64,000 bases of DNA from Candidatus Hermodarchaeum yapensis. Its GTDB lineage: Archaea; Asgardarchaeota; Hermodarchaeia; Hermodarchaeales; Hermodarchaeaceae. The translations under genes and the position numbers were made by a program. The stretch is taken from the NCBI GenBank assembly GCA_016840405.1, contig JAEOSK010000008.1, forward strand, positions 1 to 64,000, read 5' to 3'. Below, in pieces: positions 1 through 9,483 of this stretch. The notes below the pieces were generated by a model. It saw only the letters and a program-made list of their open reading frames with translations. It searched no databases and was not told the DNA's origin. Numbering within the stretch: the first letter of the stretch is position 1; each line of letters begins with the position of its first letter.

Positions 1-290
1 CCAATGAAACCTGCAATCAGAACTACTGACAGAAAAACTAAGATCCGCAGATCAAAAAATCCAGTAACAAATATTCCGGCTAAAACAAAAAGAACAAGGC
101 TTCCAACAGTTACACCAAGGAGTATACCAACTCCACCCATTTCAGCGACTTTTGGTTTATCCACCTTATGAACATCAACACCAACAATGTTGCGCTTCTT
201 CATCGCCTTAATGACATAAGGCATCACAATAAAAGTAACAATGAATGTCACCAGTAGCCCGAAAACTGCTACGAGTATAGTTGGTATCAC
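1..290 (-). CDS. MraY/WecA/GPT-family polyprenyl-phosphate GlcNAc-1-P transferase (AglH-like), 5' part; runs off the window
   Basis: Manual translation from GTG at 290: hydrophobic N-terminus, then IVGVDVHKVDKPKVAEMGGVGI, the typical GPT motif. Not in the ORF track. Confidence 0.85.
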   Translation of the reverse strand, partial: MIPTILVAVFGLLVTFIVTFIVMPYVIKAMKKRNIVGVDVHKVDKPKVAEMGGVGILLGVTVGSLVLFVLAGIFVTGFFDLRILVFLSVVLIAGFI

Positions 291-380
291 TGTTCTATGC
301 CCTCGTTTTCATTAAATGACAAACCCAGTGGAATTTCATTGTACCTTATAAAGTCATTTATCCACTTCTACGCAGGGGGG

Positions 381-1653
381 TGAAGGATAAAAAGACATTT
401 TGTTATTAAACGAGACGAGCTGCTCCGATGATTATCCAACGCGGATTTAAAACAGAACTTGAACTCAATAATAGGCAACGTACACTATACCGAAAACATG
501 CGGGGTGTGCACGATTCGCCTATAACTGGGGACTCCGTCGAAAAATTGAGACTTACAAATTAACGGGTAAGGCTCCAAATGCCATGGAATTGCATCGTGA
601 ACTGAATCAGCTTAAACTCGGTGAGTTTTCTTGGATGTATGAGGTATCAAAATGTGCACCTCAAGAATCTCTTCGCAACCTCGACAAAGCATTCGAACAT
701 TTTTACCGTAGATTAAAAAACGGTCAAAAACCTGGATTCCCGAAGTTCAAATCGAAGAAACAAGGCTTAGGTTCATTTAGATTAACGGGAAAAATTCGAG
801 TGTTTGAACATTTTATTCAACTTCCACGATTGGGGCGAATCAAACTAAAAGAGCAAGGATACTTGCCTTCCAAATCGAATAGAGTACATATCTTATCTGC
901 AACAATCTCTGAAAAGGCAGGACGCTGGTTTGTATCACTTCAAGTTCGAGAAGAAATTAGTGTACCTAAAAATGTTGGTCCTATAGTCGGAGTGGACTTG
1001 GGAATTAATCGACTTGCTACAATATCCGACGGTTCAGTTATAGAAAACCCAAAGGCATTGAAACGATATGGAAGAAAATTAAAACGCTTTCAAAGATATC
1101 TTGCTAGAAAACAGAAGGGTAGTCGTAACTGGGAGAAAGCTAAACGCCGATTACAAAGATTGCACGTTCAAGTAACGAATATTCGTCGAGACGTTCTTCA
1201 TAAAACTACTACGATGTTAGCGAAAACCAAGTCAATCATCGTTATTGAAGAACTCAATATGAGTGGTATGTTGAAAAATCACCGACTAGCAAGATCCTTA
1301 GCGGATGTGGCATTCTTCACTTTTCGAAGTCAACTTGAATATAAAACCAAATGGTATGGATCCCAATTAATCATCGCACCTCGATTTTATCCATCTTCTA
1401 GATGTTGTTCAAAGTGTGGAAATATCAAAGAAAAGTTTTCACTTTCAACTCGAATCTTTAGATGTGAAAAGTGTGGATTATTAATTGACAGGGGCATGAA
1501 TGCAAGTTACAATTTAGAAACTGTCACCACGAGTTCCATGGAGACAGAAAACGCCTGGTCCGAGACGGGAGGTAACAGCCTTCTGGCAGTGCCCGTCGAT
1601 GAGACAGGAACCGAACAGAGAATAATCCAATTCTCGTAGGTATCGGGGAACGG
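381..1653 (+). mobile_element. Non-autonomous IS607-like element (tnpB only)
   Basis: tnpB followed by an omegaRNA-like tail ending GGGGAACGG (1653), an IS607-type right end; G-run at 375-380 gives the left GG core; no tnpA. Left boundary is inferred. Confidence 0.6.
428..1639 (+). CDS. tnpB: TnpB RNA-guided endonuclease family, RuvC-III Asp replaced by Gly
   Basis: N-terminal HTH (GCARFAYNWGL), GVDLG, VIEEL, zinc finger CSKC...CEKC, DRGMNA in place of DRDxNA. Confidence 0.95.
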   Translation: MIIQRGFKTELELNNRQRTLYRKHAGCARFAYNWGLRRKIETYKLTGKAPNAMELHRELNQLKLGEFSWMYEVSKCAPQESLRNLDKAFEHFYRRLKNGQKPGFPKFKSKKQGLGSFRLTGKIRVFEHFIQLPRLGRIKLKEQGYLPSKSNRVHILSATISEKAGRWFVSLQVREEISVPKNVGPIVGVDLGINRLATISDGSVIENPKALKRYGRKLKRFQRYLARKQKGSRNWEKAKRRLQRLHVQVTNIRRDVLHKTTTMLAKTKSIIVIEELNMSGMLKNHRLARSLADVAFFTFRSQLEYKTKWYGSQLIIAPRFYPSSRCCSKCGNIKEKFSLSTRIFRCEKCGLLIDRGMNASYNLETVTTSSMETENAWSETGGNSLLAVPVDETGTEQRIIQFS

Positions 1654-1670
1654 TGAAGATTAAATAGCGG
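1520..1670 (+). ncRNA. Putative omegaRNA overlapping the tnpB 3' end, plus guide
   Basis: ACGCCTGG...GAGACAGGAACCGAAC scaffold pattern; guide would start at 1654 (TGAAGATTAAATAGCGG). Boundaries approximate. Confidence 0.6.
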
Positions 1671-1705
1671 TTCAAAAATGCACTGTTAGAACGGGAGGAA
1701 ACTAT

Positions 1706-3907
1706 TTGCCAGAGCTAGAACGATTGGACCAAATTCCAGGTGTAGGCCCCCGCCTTGTTGAAAAACTAATTGATGTGTTTGGCTCCGAACGTGCTGCCCT
1801 TGAAATTATTAATAATGCACAAGTGGCAACACTTGCAAGCATTCCTGGTGTAGGAAAGAAAAAAGCCCTCGACATTGTACAGGATGCATACACAATACGC
1901 GAAGGCATCAGCGCACTTGAAGTTCTAAAAACCGATGATATTCGAACGATTTACCAACGTATTCTGAGTATCATTCAGTCATACGCGAATAGCCTTTTTG
2001 CTAAAGATAAGTTGTCTCTCTACCATCCCCTTCCTTCGTCAAAAATCGATGTGATCACTCAACGTCTAGATTGGTTTCAGCAGGCCCTTGAACTGGTCAA
2101 CCAGTGCTCAATGGAACAACTAACGCACATGGGTAATTTGCTCTCAAACGCTCGTCCTCTTCGTCGAGGAGCAACGTCCTCATTGGCAACATGGCGGGTT
2201 ATACTCACCGACAATGATGAGGCACATAATCTTATGAAACAGTACAAAGCAGGACAAACCTCACGGCTCATCCGATTGAAACCAGGAGAAAGATTGGACG
2301 AATATCTCAAATCATACGATTACATCATTGCAGCTCTAGAAGTGGGAGGGATGAGTGGAGTCGCAGAACATGCAGGTAATCTAGATTTATTAAAAACTGA
2401 ATTTACTCAGGCTGAGGTCTCACCCGAATCGATAATTGCCTTTTATGCAACAAATCGTGAAACTATTCTAGCAATATGTGCTGCTGCAGAGGCGCTCACT
2501 AAACTTCCTCCAACCACTGCTCTTCAAAGCTTTACTGAAAAACTCGATCTACCTGCCCTTACTGAACTCGCGTCAATGACTACTAAGATCACTAGTTCAG
2601 GAGAGATTTCTGAAGGAGCTGATTCCGATTACGACCGCCTTCGATTGGCTACTCAAAAATTCGAAACTATTCTAAGTGAAACAGAAATCTGGGCAAATGA
2701 CAGGATTCGTAATGAGGTTTCAAGTAGTCAGGTGGTCCTTGAAGGCGATCAAATAATCAGCATTCTTGAAGCATCCACTGCTGAATCCATTGGTGCAGAA
2801 CAGCTTCGCCAATATTTACCTCCTCAGGTCTTTGAAATATTAGTTTCAGCCCTGCAAGATTCTGAGGATCATCTGGCTCGCTTATTGCAACTTGAACGAA
2901 ATGAACTCGAATGGGTTGATGGAATATTTTCACAAAGCCTTGCATTGCCAATTCAAGCCAACCGTCAACATGCAAGTAATCTACAAAATAACCTAAGACG
3001 CGCTATGCATGCTCGAGAACACCGGTTGAAAACCGAAGTAGCTTTCAAACTTGAGCATTTTGATAAAATAATCAAAGATGCGGTGCAGATATTATTAGAC
3101 TTCGACGTTTTTCAAGCAATTGGACAATTTGCGAGGGACTATAAACTGTCAGTTCCGAAAGTAAAGGAGAATGGAGTTGGGTTAGCATTTCAAAATGGTC
3201 GAAACCTCTTTCTCACACATGAAGCATTATCAGGTAAGCTCGAAGTCGTTCCAGTTTCTTATACAATCGGACAAAATCACTGGACACCAGAACTAACTGA
3301 CGGAGAACGTGTGGTGTTACTATCCGGGGCAAATAGTGGAGGAAAAAGCTGTTTACTCCAAAATGTGACACAGATTGCGATTCTGGCGCAAATGGGCATG
3401 TTAGTGCCTGCTTCTCAAGCAGAGGTTGGTATCTTTGACGAACTGTATTATTATGCAAAAGCGACTGGCATGCTTTCTGCTGGAGCTTTTGAATCCTCAT
3501 TGACTAATCTGGCGAATATTGTACTAAGTGACGCGTCCAAACTTGCCCTCTTCGATGAATGGGAGGCGAGTACTGAACCGGGTGCTGCAGCAAAAGTGGT
3601 TGCTGCAATTCTCGAACTGTTTTCAGAAAATCCGAATTCTTGTGTAATATTCGTCTCTCATTTAGCAGAAGATATTATTCAAATGGCCCGCGTACCCATC
3701 CGTGTGGATGGTATTGAGGCTACAGGTTTAGATTCTCAACTCAATCTAATGGTCAATCGCTCACCTGAATTTGGTAAAATCGCAAAATCCACTCCAGAGT
3801 TAATCGTTGAACGGCTTTATCGTTCATCGCAAGATCGGCGAAAAGGTATCTTTCAAAGAATTCTCGAAATTGTAGGACGAGCGGATACTAAAAAGAAAGC
3901 GACCTAA
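1706..3907 (+). CDS. Archaeal MutS-like ATPase with N-terminal tandem HhH motifs
   Basis: IPGVG HhH twice; Walker A SGANSGGKS; AGAFES and FDEWE motifs of MutS domain V. Confidence 0.85.
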   Translation: MPELERLDQIPGVGPRLVEKLIDVFGSERAALEIINNAQVATLASIPGVGKKKALDIVQDAYTIREGISALEVLKTDDIRTIYQRILSIIQSYANSLFAKDKLSLYHPLPSSKIDVITQRLDWFQQALELVNQCSMEQLTHMGNLLSNARPLRRGATSSLATWRVILTDNDEAHNLMKQYKAGQTSRLIRLKPGERLDEYLKSYDYIIAALEVGGMSGVAEHAGNLDLLKTEFTQAEVSPESIIAFYATNRETILAICAAAEALTKLPPTTALQSFTEKLDLPALTELASMTTKITSSGEISEGADSDYDRLRLATQKFETILSETEIWANDRIRNEVSSSQVVLEGDQIISILEASTAESIGAEQLRQYLPPQVFEILVSALQDSEDHLARLLQLERNELEWVDGIFSQSLALPIQANRQHASNLQNNLRRAMHAREHRLKTEVAFKLEHFDKIIKDAVQILLDFDVFQAIGQFARDYKLSVPKVKENGVGLAFQNGRNLFLTHEALSGKLEVVPVSYTIGQNHWTPELTDGERVVLLSGANSGGKSCLLQNVTQIAILAQMGMLVPASQAEVGIFDELYYYAKATGMLSAGAFESSLTNLANIVLSDASKLALFDEWEASTEPGAAAKVVAAILELFSENPNSCVIFVSHLAEDIIQMARVPIRVDGIEATGLDSQLNLMVNRSPEFGKIAKSTPELIVERLYRSSQDRRKGIFQRILEIVGRADTKKKAT

Positions 3908-4400
3908 CTCGTTGAACGCCATCGAATTGCTGGATTAATTTAAACACCGTTCGAGGGACCAAAGATTCCCAATCTTCTCCCTGAATAATCCGTCGCCTTA
4001 TTTCGGTACCAGAAAGTATCTTCTTTTCACGCAAAACAATCTCCTTAACTTGATGATTTTGCGCAGAAAATAATTGGTGGGTCGTTTCTGAGCCTGTGTA
4101 CACTATACCAAATGGTGGCACATATTGTTTTACGTGGTTCACCCACTTTCGATAATTATGGATATCAGGAATCGGAATAATCTGAAAATGCGAACATGGA
4201 ACCTCTAATTCTTCTAAGACACTTTTTAACATCAGGAGGCGTTCTCCAGTTGTAAACGGATTATCCGGCGTATAAGATGCCTGCGCACTTCCGATAACCA
4301 TAATAACTTGTTCTTCTTGCGCAAAAACGTCTTTCAAGGCGTGTACATGTCCATTGTGAAGTGGTTGAAATCTCCCAATGAACAAGCCTGGCCGCCGCAA
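3888..4400 (-). CDS. nadM: Nicotinamide-nucleotide adenylyltransferase
   Basis: GRFQPLHNGH, NPFT.GER, SGTEIR motifs. Confidence 0.93.
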   Translation of the reverse strand: MRRPGLFIGRFQPLHNGHVHALKDVFAQEEQVIMVIGSAQASYTPDNPFTTGERLLMLKSVLEELEVPCSHFQIIPIPDIHNYRKWVNHVKQYVPPFGIVYTGSETTHQLFSAQNHQVKEIVLREKKILSGTEIRRRIIQGEDWESLVPRTVFKLIQQFDGVQRVRSLSF

Positions 4401-4411
4401 AAGTCTCTCAC

Positions 4412-4993
4412 CTACTTTAGAATTGCCTTTCTTTGTACAGTTCCATTAGAATTGAAGGGCACTCCTTCTGCTTGTAAAATCCTTGCTTTCTCTTTAGTAC
4501 CGCTAGTAGTTCCTCCAAGTTTTCCGAGTGTTCCATTGGAGTGAATGACACGATGGCAGGGAATAGCCCACGGAACAGGGTTACTTCGCATCACAGATCC
4601 CACTCCACGAGGTGAAGATCTGCAGAGTGTTGCTAATCCTCCATAAGAGATGACGTTCCCTTTTTTTACCTGTAACAATTGTTTTGAGATCGCTAGACGT
4701 GCAGGGGACCAGTTTTTCTGGGAAATTTCTTCAAGGCTAAATGGGTGTCCTATCCCATATGAGAGCTGACCAAGCCTGTTTCCTATCTCATCCATTCGGG
4801 AAGATTTGAATGACTCATCCAACTCTTTTAATCGCTTTAGCCGTTGGAGGATTCCTTTAAGGCTATTTTCTGCTTCCTGCGCAGAATTCTGAGATGAGGT
4901 ACAGGCAACAAGTTTGTCACCTATTTGTTCAAGAGCCAATGCAAGCCATTTCTTTGAATGAACCTGCACCGTACTAATACCAATTCCTGTCAT
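4412..4993 (-). CDS. ogt: Methylated-DNA-protein-cysteine methyltransferase
   Basis: SYGGLA, NPVPWAIPCHRV active-site motif. Confidence 0.9.
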   Translation of the reverse strand: MTGIGISTVQVHSKKWLALALEQIGDKLVACTSSQNSAQEAENSLKGILQRLKRLKELDESFKSSRMDEIGNRLGQLSYGIGHPFSLEEISQKNWSPARLAISKQLLQVKKGNVISYGGLATLCRSSPRGVGSVMRSNPVPWAIPCHRVIHSNGTLGKLGGTTSGTKEKARILQAEGVPFNSNGTVQRKAILK

Positions 4994-5044
4994 TGCATAT
5001 GCACTTTAATTCAACCAGTATATAGCAATTTCAGTGACGGAAAA

Positions 5045-6130
5045 ATGGTTGTCGAAATAGATGGCTCGGTTCTCGAGGGAGGAGGGCAAATTCTCCGCTC
5101 AGCTGTTGCATTTGGGGCGGTTTTAGGGAAAACGGTGGTTGTCGAGAAAATCCGCGCTAAGAGGAAAACACCTGGACTCCGCCCTCAACATCTTCATGGA
5201 ATTTTAGCTGTCAAAGAACTAACGCGTGCTCAAGTAAAAGGAACGCACGTTGGTTCAAACCGAATCGAATTCATTCCCCAAAATCGCAAGGGAGGACAAG
5301 TTACAGTTGATATCGGCACTGCAGGGGCGATTACGCTTGTGTTGCAAGGTGTCATGATTGTTGCGCCCTATTGTGAACAACCTGTCCGTGCGCAACTTTC
5401 CGGGGGCACCAATGTCGCCTGGAGTCCTCCCATAGAATATCTACAACATGTATTACTTCCTCGTTTACAGCAAATGAACTATCAGGGTATGGTGGAAATA
5501 GAAAAACGAGGTTACTATCCACGAGGTGGAGGTCGCATCAACACCAATCTTCTCCCTGTAAGAAAATTAACCTCCTTATGCTTGAAGAAGGCTCAAGAAA
5601 CCCCTAAGATATTTGGCCTGTCTCACTGCGGATTTTTACCTCGTCATGTGGCCGAACGACAAGCCAACGCGGCCACAAATACTCTCTCGCAGGGAGGCTA
5701 TATGATCGAAACCATTGAAATCGAACACCGCTCAGATACTCTGTCTCCTGGCAGCGGCATCAGCCTATGGACTAGCAAGCAAAACAATCGCATAATAGGA
5801 GCAGATGCTCTCGGCCAGCGGAAGCTGAAGGCTGAAGTTGTTGGTGAACAAGCGGCTACATCATTAATTCAAGAGCTAAAAACATCTGCTCCGGTCGATG
5901 TTCACCAAGCTGATATGATCATCCCCTATATCGCGCTAGCAGAAGGTGAATCCTCACTTTTTGTTTCTGAACTTGCTATGCATACTCTAACAAACATTCA
6001 TGTTGTAGAAAAGTTCCTCAATATCAAATTCGATGTGAAAGGTGAAGTAGGCACTCCTGCACACATTTCAGTCAAAGGGATCGGCTTTGAAGGAGACGGA
6101 GTTTCTCCTGAACCTTCTCAGATTGATTAA
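5045..6130 (+). CDS. rtcA: RNA 3'-terminal phosphate cyclase
   Basis: IDGSVLEGGGQILR, RGYYPRGGG, VDVHQAD; start moved to ATG 5045. Confidence 0.93.
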   Translation: MVVEIDGSVLEGGGQILRSAVAFGAVLGKTVVVEKIRAKRKTPGLRPQHLHGILAVKELTRAQVKGTHVGSNRIEFIPQNRKGGQVTVDIGTAGAITLVLQGVMIVAPYCEQPVRAQLSGGTNVAWSPPIEYLQHVLLPRLQQMNYQGMVEIEKRGYYPRGGGRINTNLLPVRKLTSLCLKKAQETPKIFGLSHCGFLPRHVAERQANAATNTLSQGGYMIETIEIEHRSDTLSPGSGISLWTSKQNNRIIGADALGQRKLKAEVVGEQAATSLIQELKTSAPVDVHQADMIIPYIALAEGESSLFVSELAMHTLTNIHVVEKFLNIKFDVKGEVGTPAHISVKGIGFEGDGVSPEPSQID

Positions 6131-7109
6131 CAACCTTCTGAAAAGCCTGTTTCACTCCTTCCTTTGTCAATGTGCTAATAACTAGAAGATCATGCCTATC
6201 AATGGAATCGCGGGCAGTCATAATTTCAGTTTTTGAAGCAATATCACCTTTATTTAATATTGGAAATATGTCAAAATTAGGGAACGTACTGGTTATTTCG
6301 GCAAGTAATGCAATTTGACTGGAAAGTTCATAACCACAGTTCAAAGTTGGGTCAATGAGGAAAATTATGGTATCCGCTAAATATTGAATTGCTGCAATAG
6401 CTCTTTGTTCAATCGGATTTCTTTTCGCCATCGGTCGGTCTAAAAGTCCCGGAATATCGAGAATTTGTCCCTCTTCTGAATCCAAGGGAATATGACCTAC
6501 ACTAATTTTTTTAGTAGTGAAGGGATATTCAGCAATTTCAGGCGTTGCGGAGGAAAGTAGGGCAACAAGCGAGCTTTTGCCAACATTAGGATAACCCGCA
6601 ACAACAATAACCGGTAACTCCAGATTGATTGAGGGAAATCGACGATATTCTAAGGCAGCTTGTCGGATAACTGCGAGGCGGGGTTTTATGCGTTTTATTA
6701 CGGAAGAGATTCTCCCATAAGCCGCGGATCTCAACTTACGTGCTGCAGATGGCGATTCTGCTTTTCGTAATTTTCGAATGTTATCCTGAATTATTCCTCT
6801 AATGATTCGAGTGGCTGATGATACCGAGGCGAGAGCCTGTCGTATCTCATCAATTGTAACAACAGTATCAGCAAGATTACGATAAAAAGGATGAATTTCA
6901 TCAAAATTGGGAAATCGTGAGACAATGTCCTCAAGTCGAAAAGCCAGAACGTCATTAACTTTTTTTAGTTTAGCAATTTCTTTGTCTCTTGCCCGTACGT
7001 GGGCGGGTTTCTTTGACTTGGGCAATGTTAGTTTTGAAGCACGAGCAAAGGCTACGTCTAGCAGTTCTTTGCTACTTTGGATGTACTTCAATTTGGTGAA
7101 TGGGTTCAA
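6072..7109 (-). CDS. NOG1-family GTP-binding protein
   Basis: HPFY, GYPNVGKSS, YPFTT, DIPGLLDRP, NKGD; TTG start at 7109 assumed. Confidence 0.92.
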   Translation of the reverse strand: MNPFTKLKYIQSSKELLDVAFARASKLTLPKSKKPAHVRARDKEIAKLKKVNDVLAFRLEDIVSRFPNFDEIHPFYRNLADTVVTIDEIRQALASVSSATRIIRGIIQDNIRKLRKAESPSAARKLRSAAYGRISSVIKRIKPRLAVIRQAALEYRRFPSINLELPVIVVAGYPNVGKSSLVALLSSATPEIAEYPFTTKKISVGHIPLDSEEGQILDIPGLLDRPMAKRNPIEQRAIAAIQYLADTIIFLIDPTLNCGYELSSQIALLAEITSTFPNFDIFPILNKGDIASKTEIMTARDSIDRHDLLVISTLTKEGVKQAFQKVVNQSEKVQEKLRLLQSRSL

Positions 7110-7191
7110 GATATATTCCAGCCCAAATAAGAAGCAAGTCAAAAAGGTTTTTTAATTGCTTCCCTACGATAGCTGAGGCAGGTAATTAATC

Positions 7192-7806
7192 ATGAGTGGA
7201 CAAACAGATATCACCCCCTTCTTTGGTGCCGCAACCGTTGGAATAACCTTTGAAAACGGAGTTGTGATCGGAGCCGAAAAGCGAGTTCTATGGGGTTATA
7301 CCGTTGTCAGTAAAACAGGAAAGAAAGTCTTTCCGATAACCGATAACATCGTTGTCGGAAGTGCAGGTGTAAGTGGAGACTATCAAATGCTTTCGTCATT
7401 CTTAATGGCTGAATCCAATCTTTTTGAGCTTGAAAATCGAAGGGCGATTACAGTCAATGCGGCAGCACAATTGCTTTCCAACATTCTCTTCAGTCGCAAG
7501 TACATGCCATATCTTACTCAAACTTTGATTGGCGGTGTAGATTCTGATGGATCACATCTATACAGCCTTGATTTGGCTGGATCCCTTATCAAAGAAACTT
7601 ATGCAGCAGTTGGCACTGCTACATCTCTAGTGCTAGGTGTGTTGGAAGCGAATTATCGCGAAGACCTTACCAAAGAAGAAGCAGTTCAGCTTGCAGTTAA
7701 GGCAATCCGTTCAGCTACGCGACGAGATGCCATGTCAGGAGAAGGCATCGACCTTCTTATTGTAACGCCTGAAGGGATAGAATCAAAGCACTTCCCATTG
7801 GCTTAA
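7192..7806 (+). CDS. psmB: Proteasome beta subunit, probably non-catalytic
   Basis: Ntn-hydrolase beta signature (TVGITFENGVVIGAEKR, RDAMSG); G-AATVG in place of G-TTTVG. Confidence 0.92.
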   Translation: MSGQTDITPFFGAATVGITFENGVVIGAEKRVLWGYTVVSKTGKKVFPITDNIVVGSAGVSGDYQMLSSFLMAESNLFELENRRAITVNAAAQLLSNILFSRKYMPYLTQTLIGGVDSDGSHLYSLDLAGSLIKETYAAVGTATSLVLGVLEANYREDLTKEEAVQLAVKAIRSATRRDAMSGEGIDLLIVTPEGIESKHFPLA

Positions 7807-7819
7807 TGATAAGCAAACC

Positions 7820-8779
7820 TTAGGGACTTTTCGATAGTAGTACCACTCGACTAACGGTGTCTTCATTAGTAACCAAATAGCTAGTCTCCTTAGCGAGGTC
7901 TTCTGCAAATTCTCTAATTGACTTCATAGAAGGCATATTTTCACGGGATAATCGTTTCATGCTTCCACCAACATGCATGTATGATTTGCATTCAATGAAA
8001 TCGGGTTCTGCTTCAATTAGCATTTGCCCATATTGTGAAACTTTCTGCATATTACGTCCTGCAACTAGAGTCATTCGCACAACCGTTGGACAGGACAGTG
8101 TAGAGAACAAATCTAATGATTCTTGCAAACGCTCCCAAGCTCCTTTCACTAAAGGCCGACAGAGTTCTTGGTGAGTTTTCTTATCAGGTGCAACAAGAGA
8201 AATATACAGCTGCGTAGGCTCATCAATTTGCTTTAGAACTTGTGGGTTTGTACCATTGCTAACAAGATAACTCGTCCAACCGCGATGTTCAATTTCTTGA
8301 ATCAAATCAGAGAGGCGTTCATACAATGTTGGCTCTCCTACTAAACTAATAGCAACATGACGCGGATTTCGTGCTTCTTCATACATTTTCGGCGTTACCT
8401 TAGGATGGCATACTGGATTATATCCATCGAGAATTTTTCTTTGTGCAATCACGGCGTTATCCAAAATTTCAGCTGGTTCATCTGGAATCTCTCGCTCTTG
8501 GGTGATAGGAATTCCCTCATCACCGGGCATAGTCCGCCAACAGAAGAGGCAGGCTTGAGTACAATTAAAAGTTGGAGAAAGTTGCATACATCGATGAGTT
8601 GTAATCGTTCCATAGAAAGTTTGTTTATAACATGGACGTTGCTGAGTTAACGCTTTGTGAAGATGATAACACTTCTTCAGCACACTATTCTTGCCTATGA
8701 AGCGGTACCGTTGTTTTCGATAAACTTTCGCTAGTTCAGTTGAAACCACAAAATCGACCGGTTCTTCACTCAAAGCCAA
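7820..8779 (-). CDS. taw1: 4-demethylwyosine synthase (radical SAM, Taw1/TYW1)
   Basis: CYKQTFYG, CTQACLFCWR, AISLVGEPTLY, KSYMHVG. Confidence 0.92.
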   Translation of the reverse strand: MALSEEPVDFVVSTELAKVYRKQRYRFIGKNSVLKKCYHLHKALTQQRPCYKQTFYGTITTHRCMQLSPTFNCTQACLFCWRTMPGDEGIPITQEREIPDEPAEILDNAVIAQRKILDGYNPVCHPKVTPKMYEEARNPRHVAISLVGEPTLYERLSDLIQEIEHRGWTSYLVSNGTNPQVLKQIDEPTQLYISLVAPDKKTHQELCRPLVKGAWERLQESLDLFSTLSCPTVVRMTLVAGRNMQKVSQYGQMLIEAEPDFIECKSYMHVGGSMKRLSRENMPSMKSIREFAEDLAKETSYLVTNEDTVSRVVLLSKSP

Positions 8780-8846
8780 TCATTTAAATGATTGCTTTTC
8801 ACAGCAGCTTCCGGCGAAAAATTCACCTTAGAAGGAGCGATAAATT

Positions 8847-9476
8847 TTGAACCTCGAAGGAATTGGCAAGAATATCTATGCAAAACTTGCTAAACAAAAC
8901 GAAGCACGTGATCTTCTCATTAATGAAATGCACGAAGTTCTGAAAGTAACACGAGAAGCAATTTCAGCAATTCATCGTAATGAACTAAAGAAGGCTGAAA
9001 AATCCATTGAAAATGCCCAAACAAAGATGAAAGGCGCTCAAATTCATCTTGAAAAATTAAGTCAACTCCCCGTGATAGGTTTGGTTCATGATGCAGAAGG
9101 CGAAGTAGCTGAAGCCGCTCTTTTTTTGGCATTTCGCCAACAACAAACTCTACCACGACCGGAAGAGATAGGTGTCACTGAAGTGGGATATCTTCATGGA
9201 TTGGGAGATTTAGTTGGAGAACTACGAAGATACGCCTTAGACTCTTTAACAAATGATAATTTAGAAGAAGCCAAACGTGCTTTTTCAGTAATGGAGCTAA
9301 TTTATGCTACGTTACTTAACTTTGATTTTCCACGTGGTTTAACTAAAGGAGTACGAAGAAAAACAGATGTAGCTCGAGGATTAATTGAGAGAACCCGCGC
9401 AGATTTGAGTTCCGCGATTGAAAATCGTAGGTTACTTACTGGAATTTCATCGCTCCAAAAAACGCTCGGAGATTAA
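8847..9476 (+). CDS. Translin/Trax family protein
   Basis: EVAEA, YLHGLGDLVGELRR, RRKTD motifs. Confidence 0.88.
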   Translation: MNLEGIGKNIYAKLAKQNEARDLLINEMHEVLKVTREAISAIHRNELKKAEKSIENAQTKMKGAQIHLEKLSQLPVIGLVHDAEGEVAEAALFLAFRQQQTLPRPEEIGVTEVGYLHGLGDLVGELRRYALDSLTNDNLEEAKRAFSVMELIYATLLNFDFPRGLTKGVRRKTDVARGLIERTRADLSSAIENRRLLTGISSLQKTLGD

Positions 9477-9483
9477 ATGGGAT

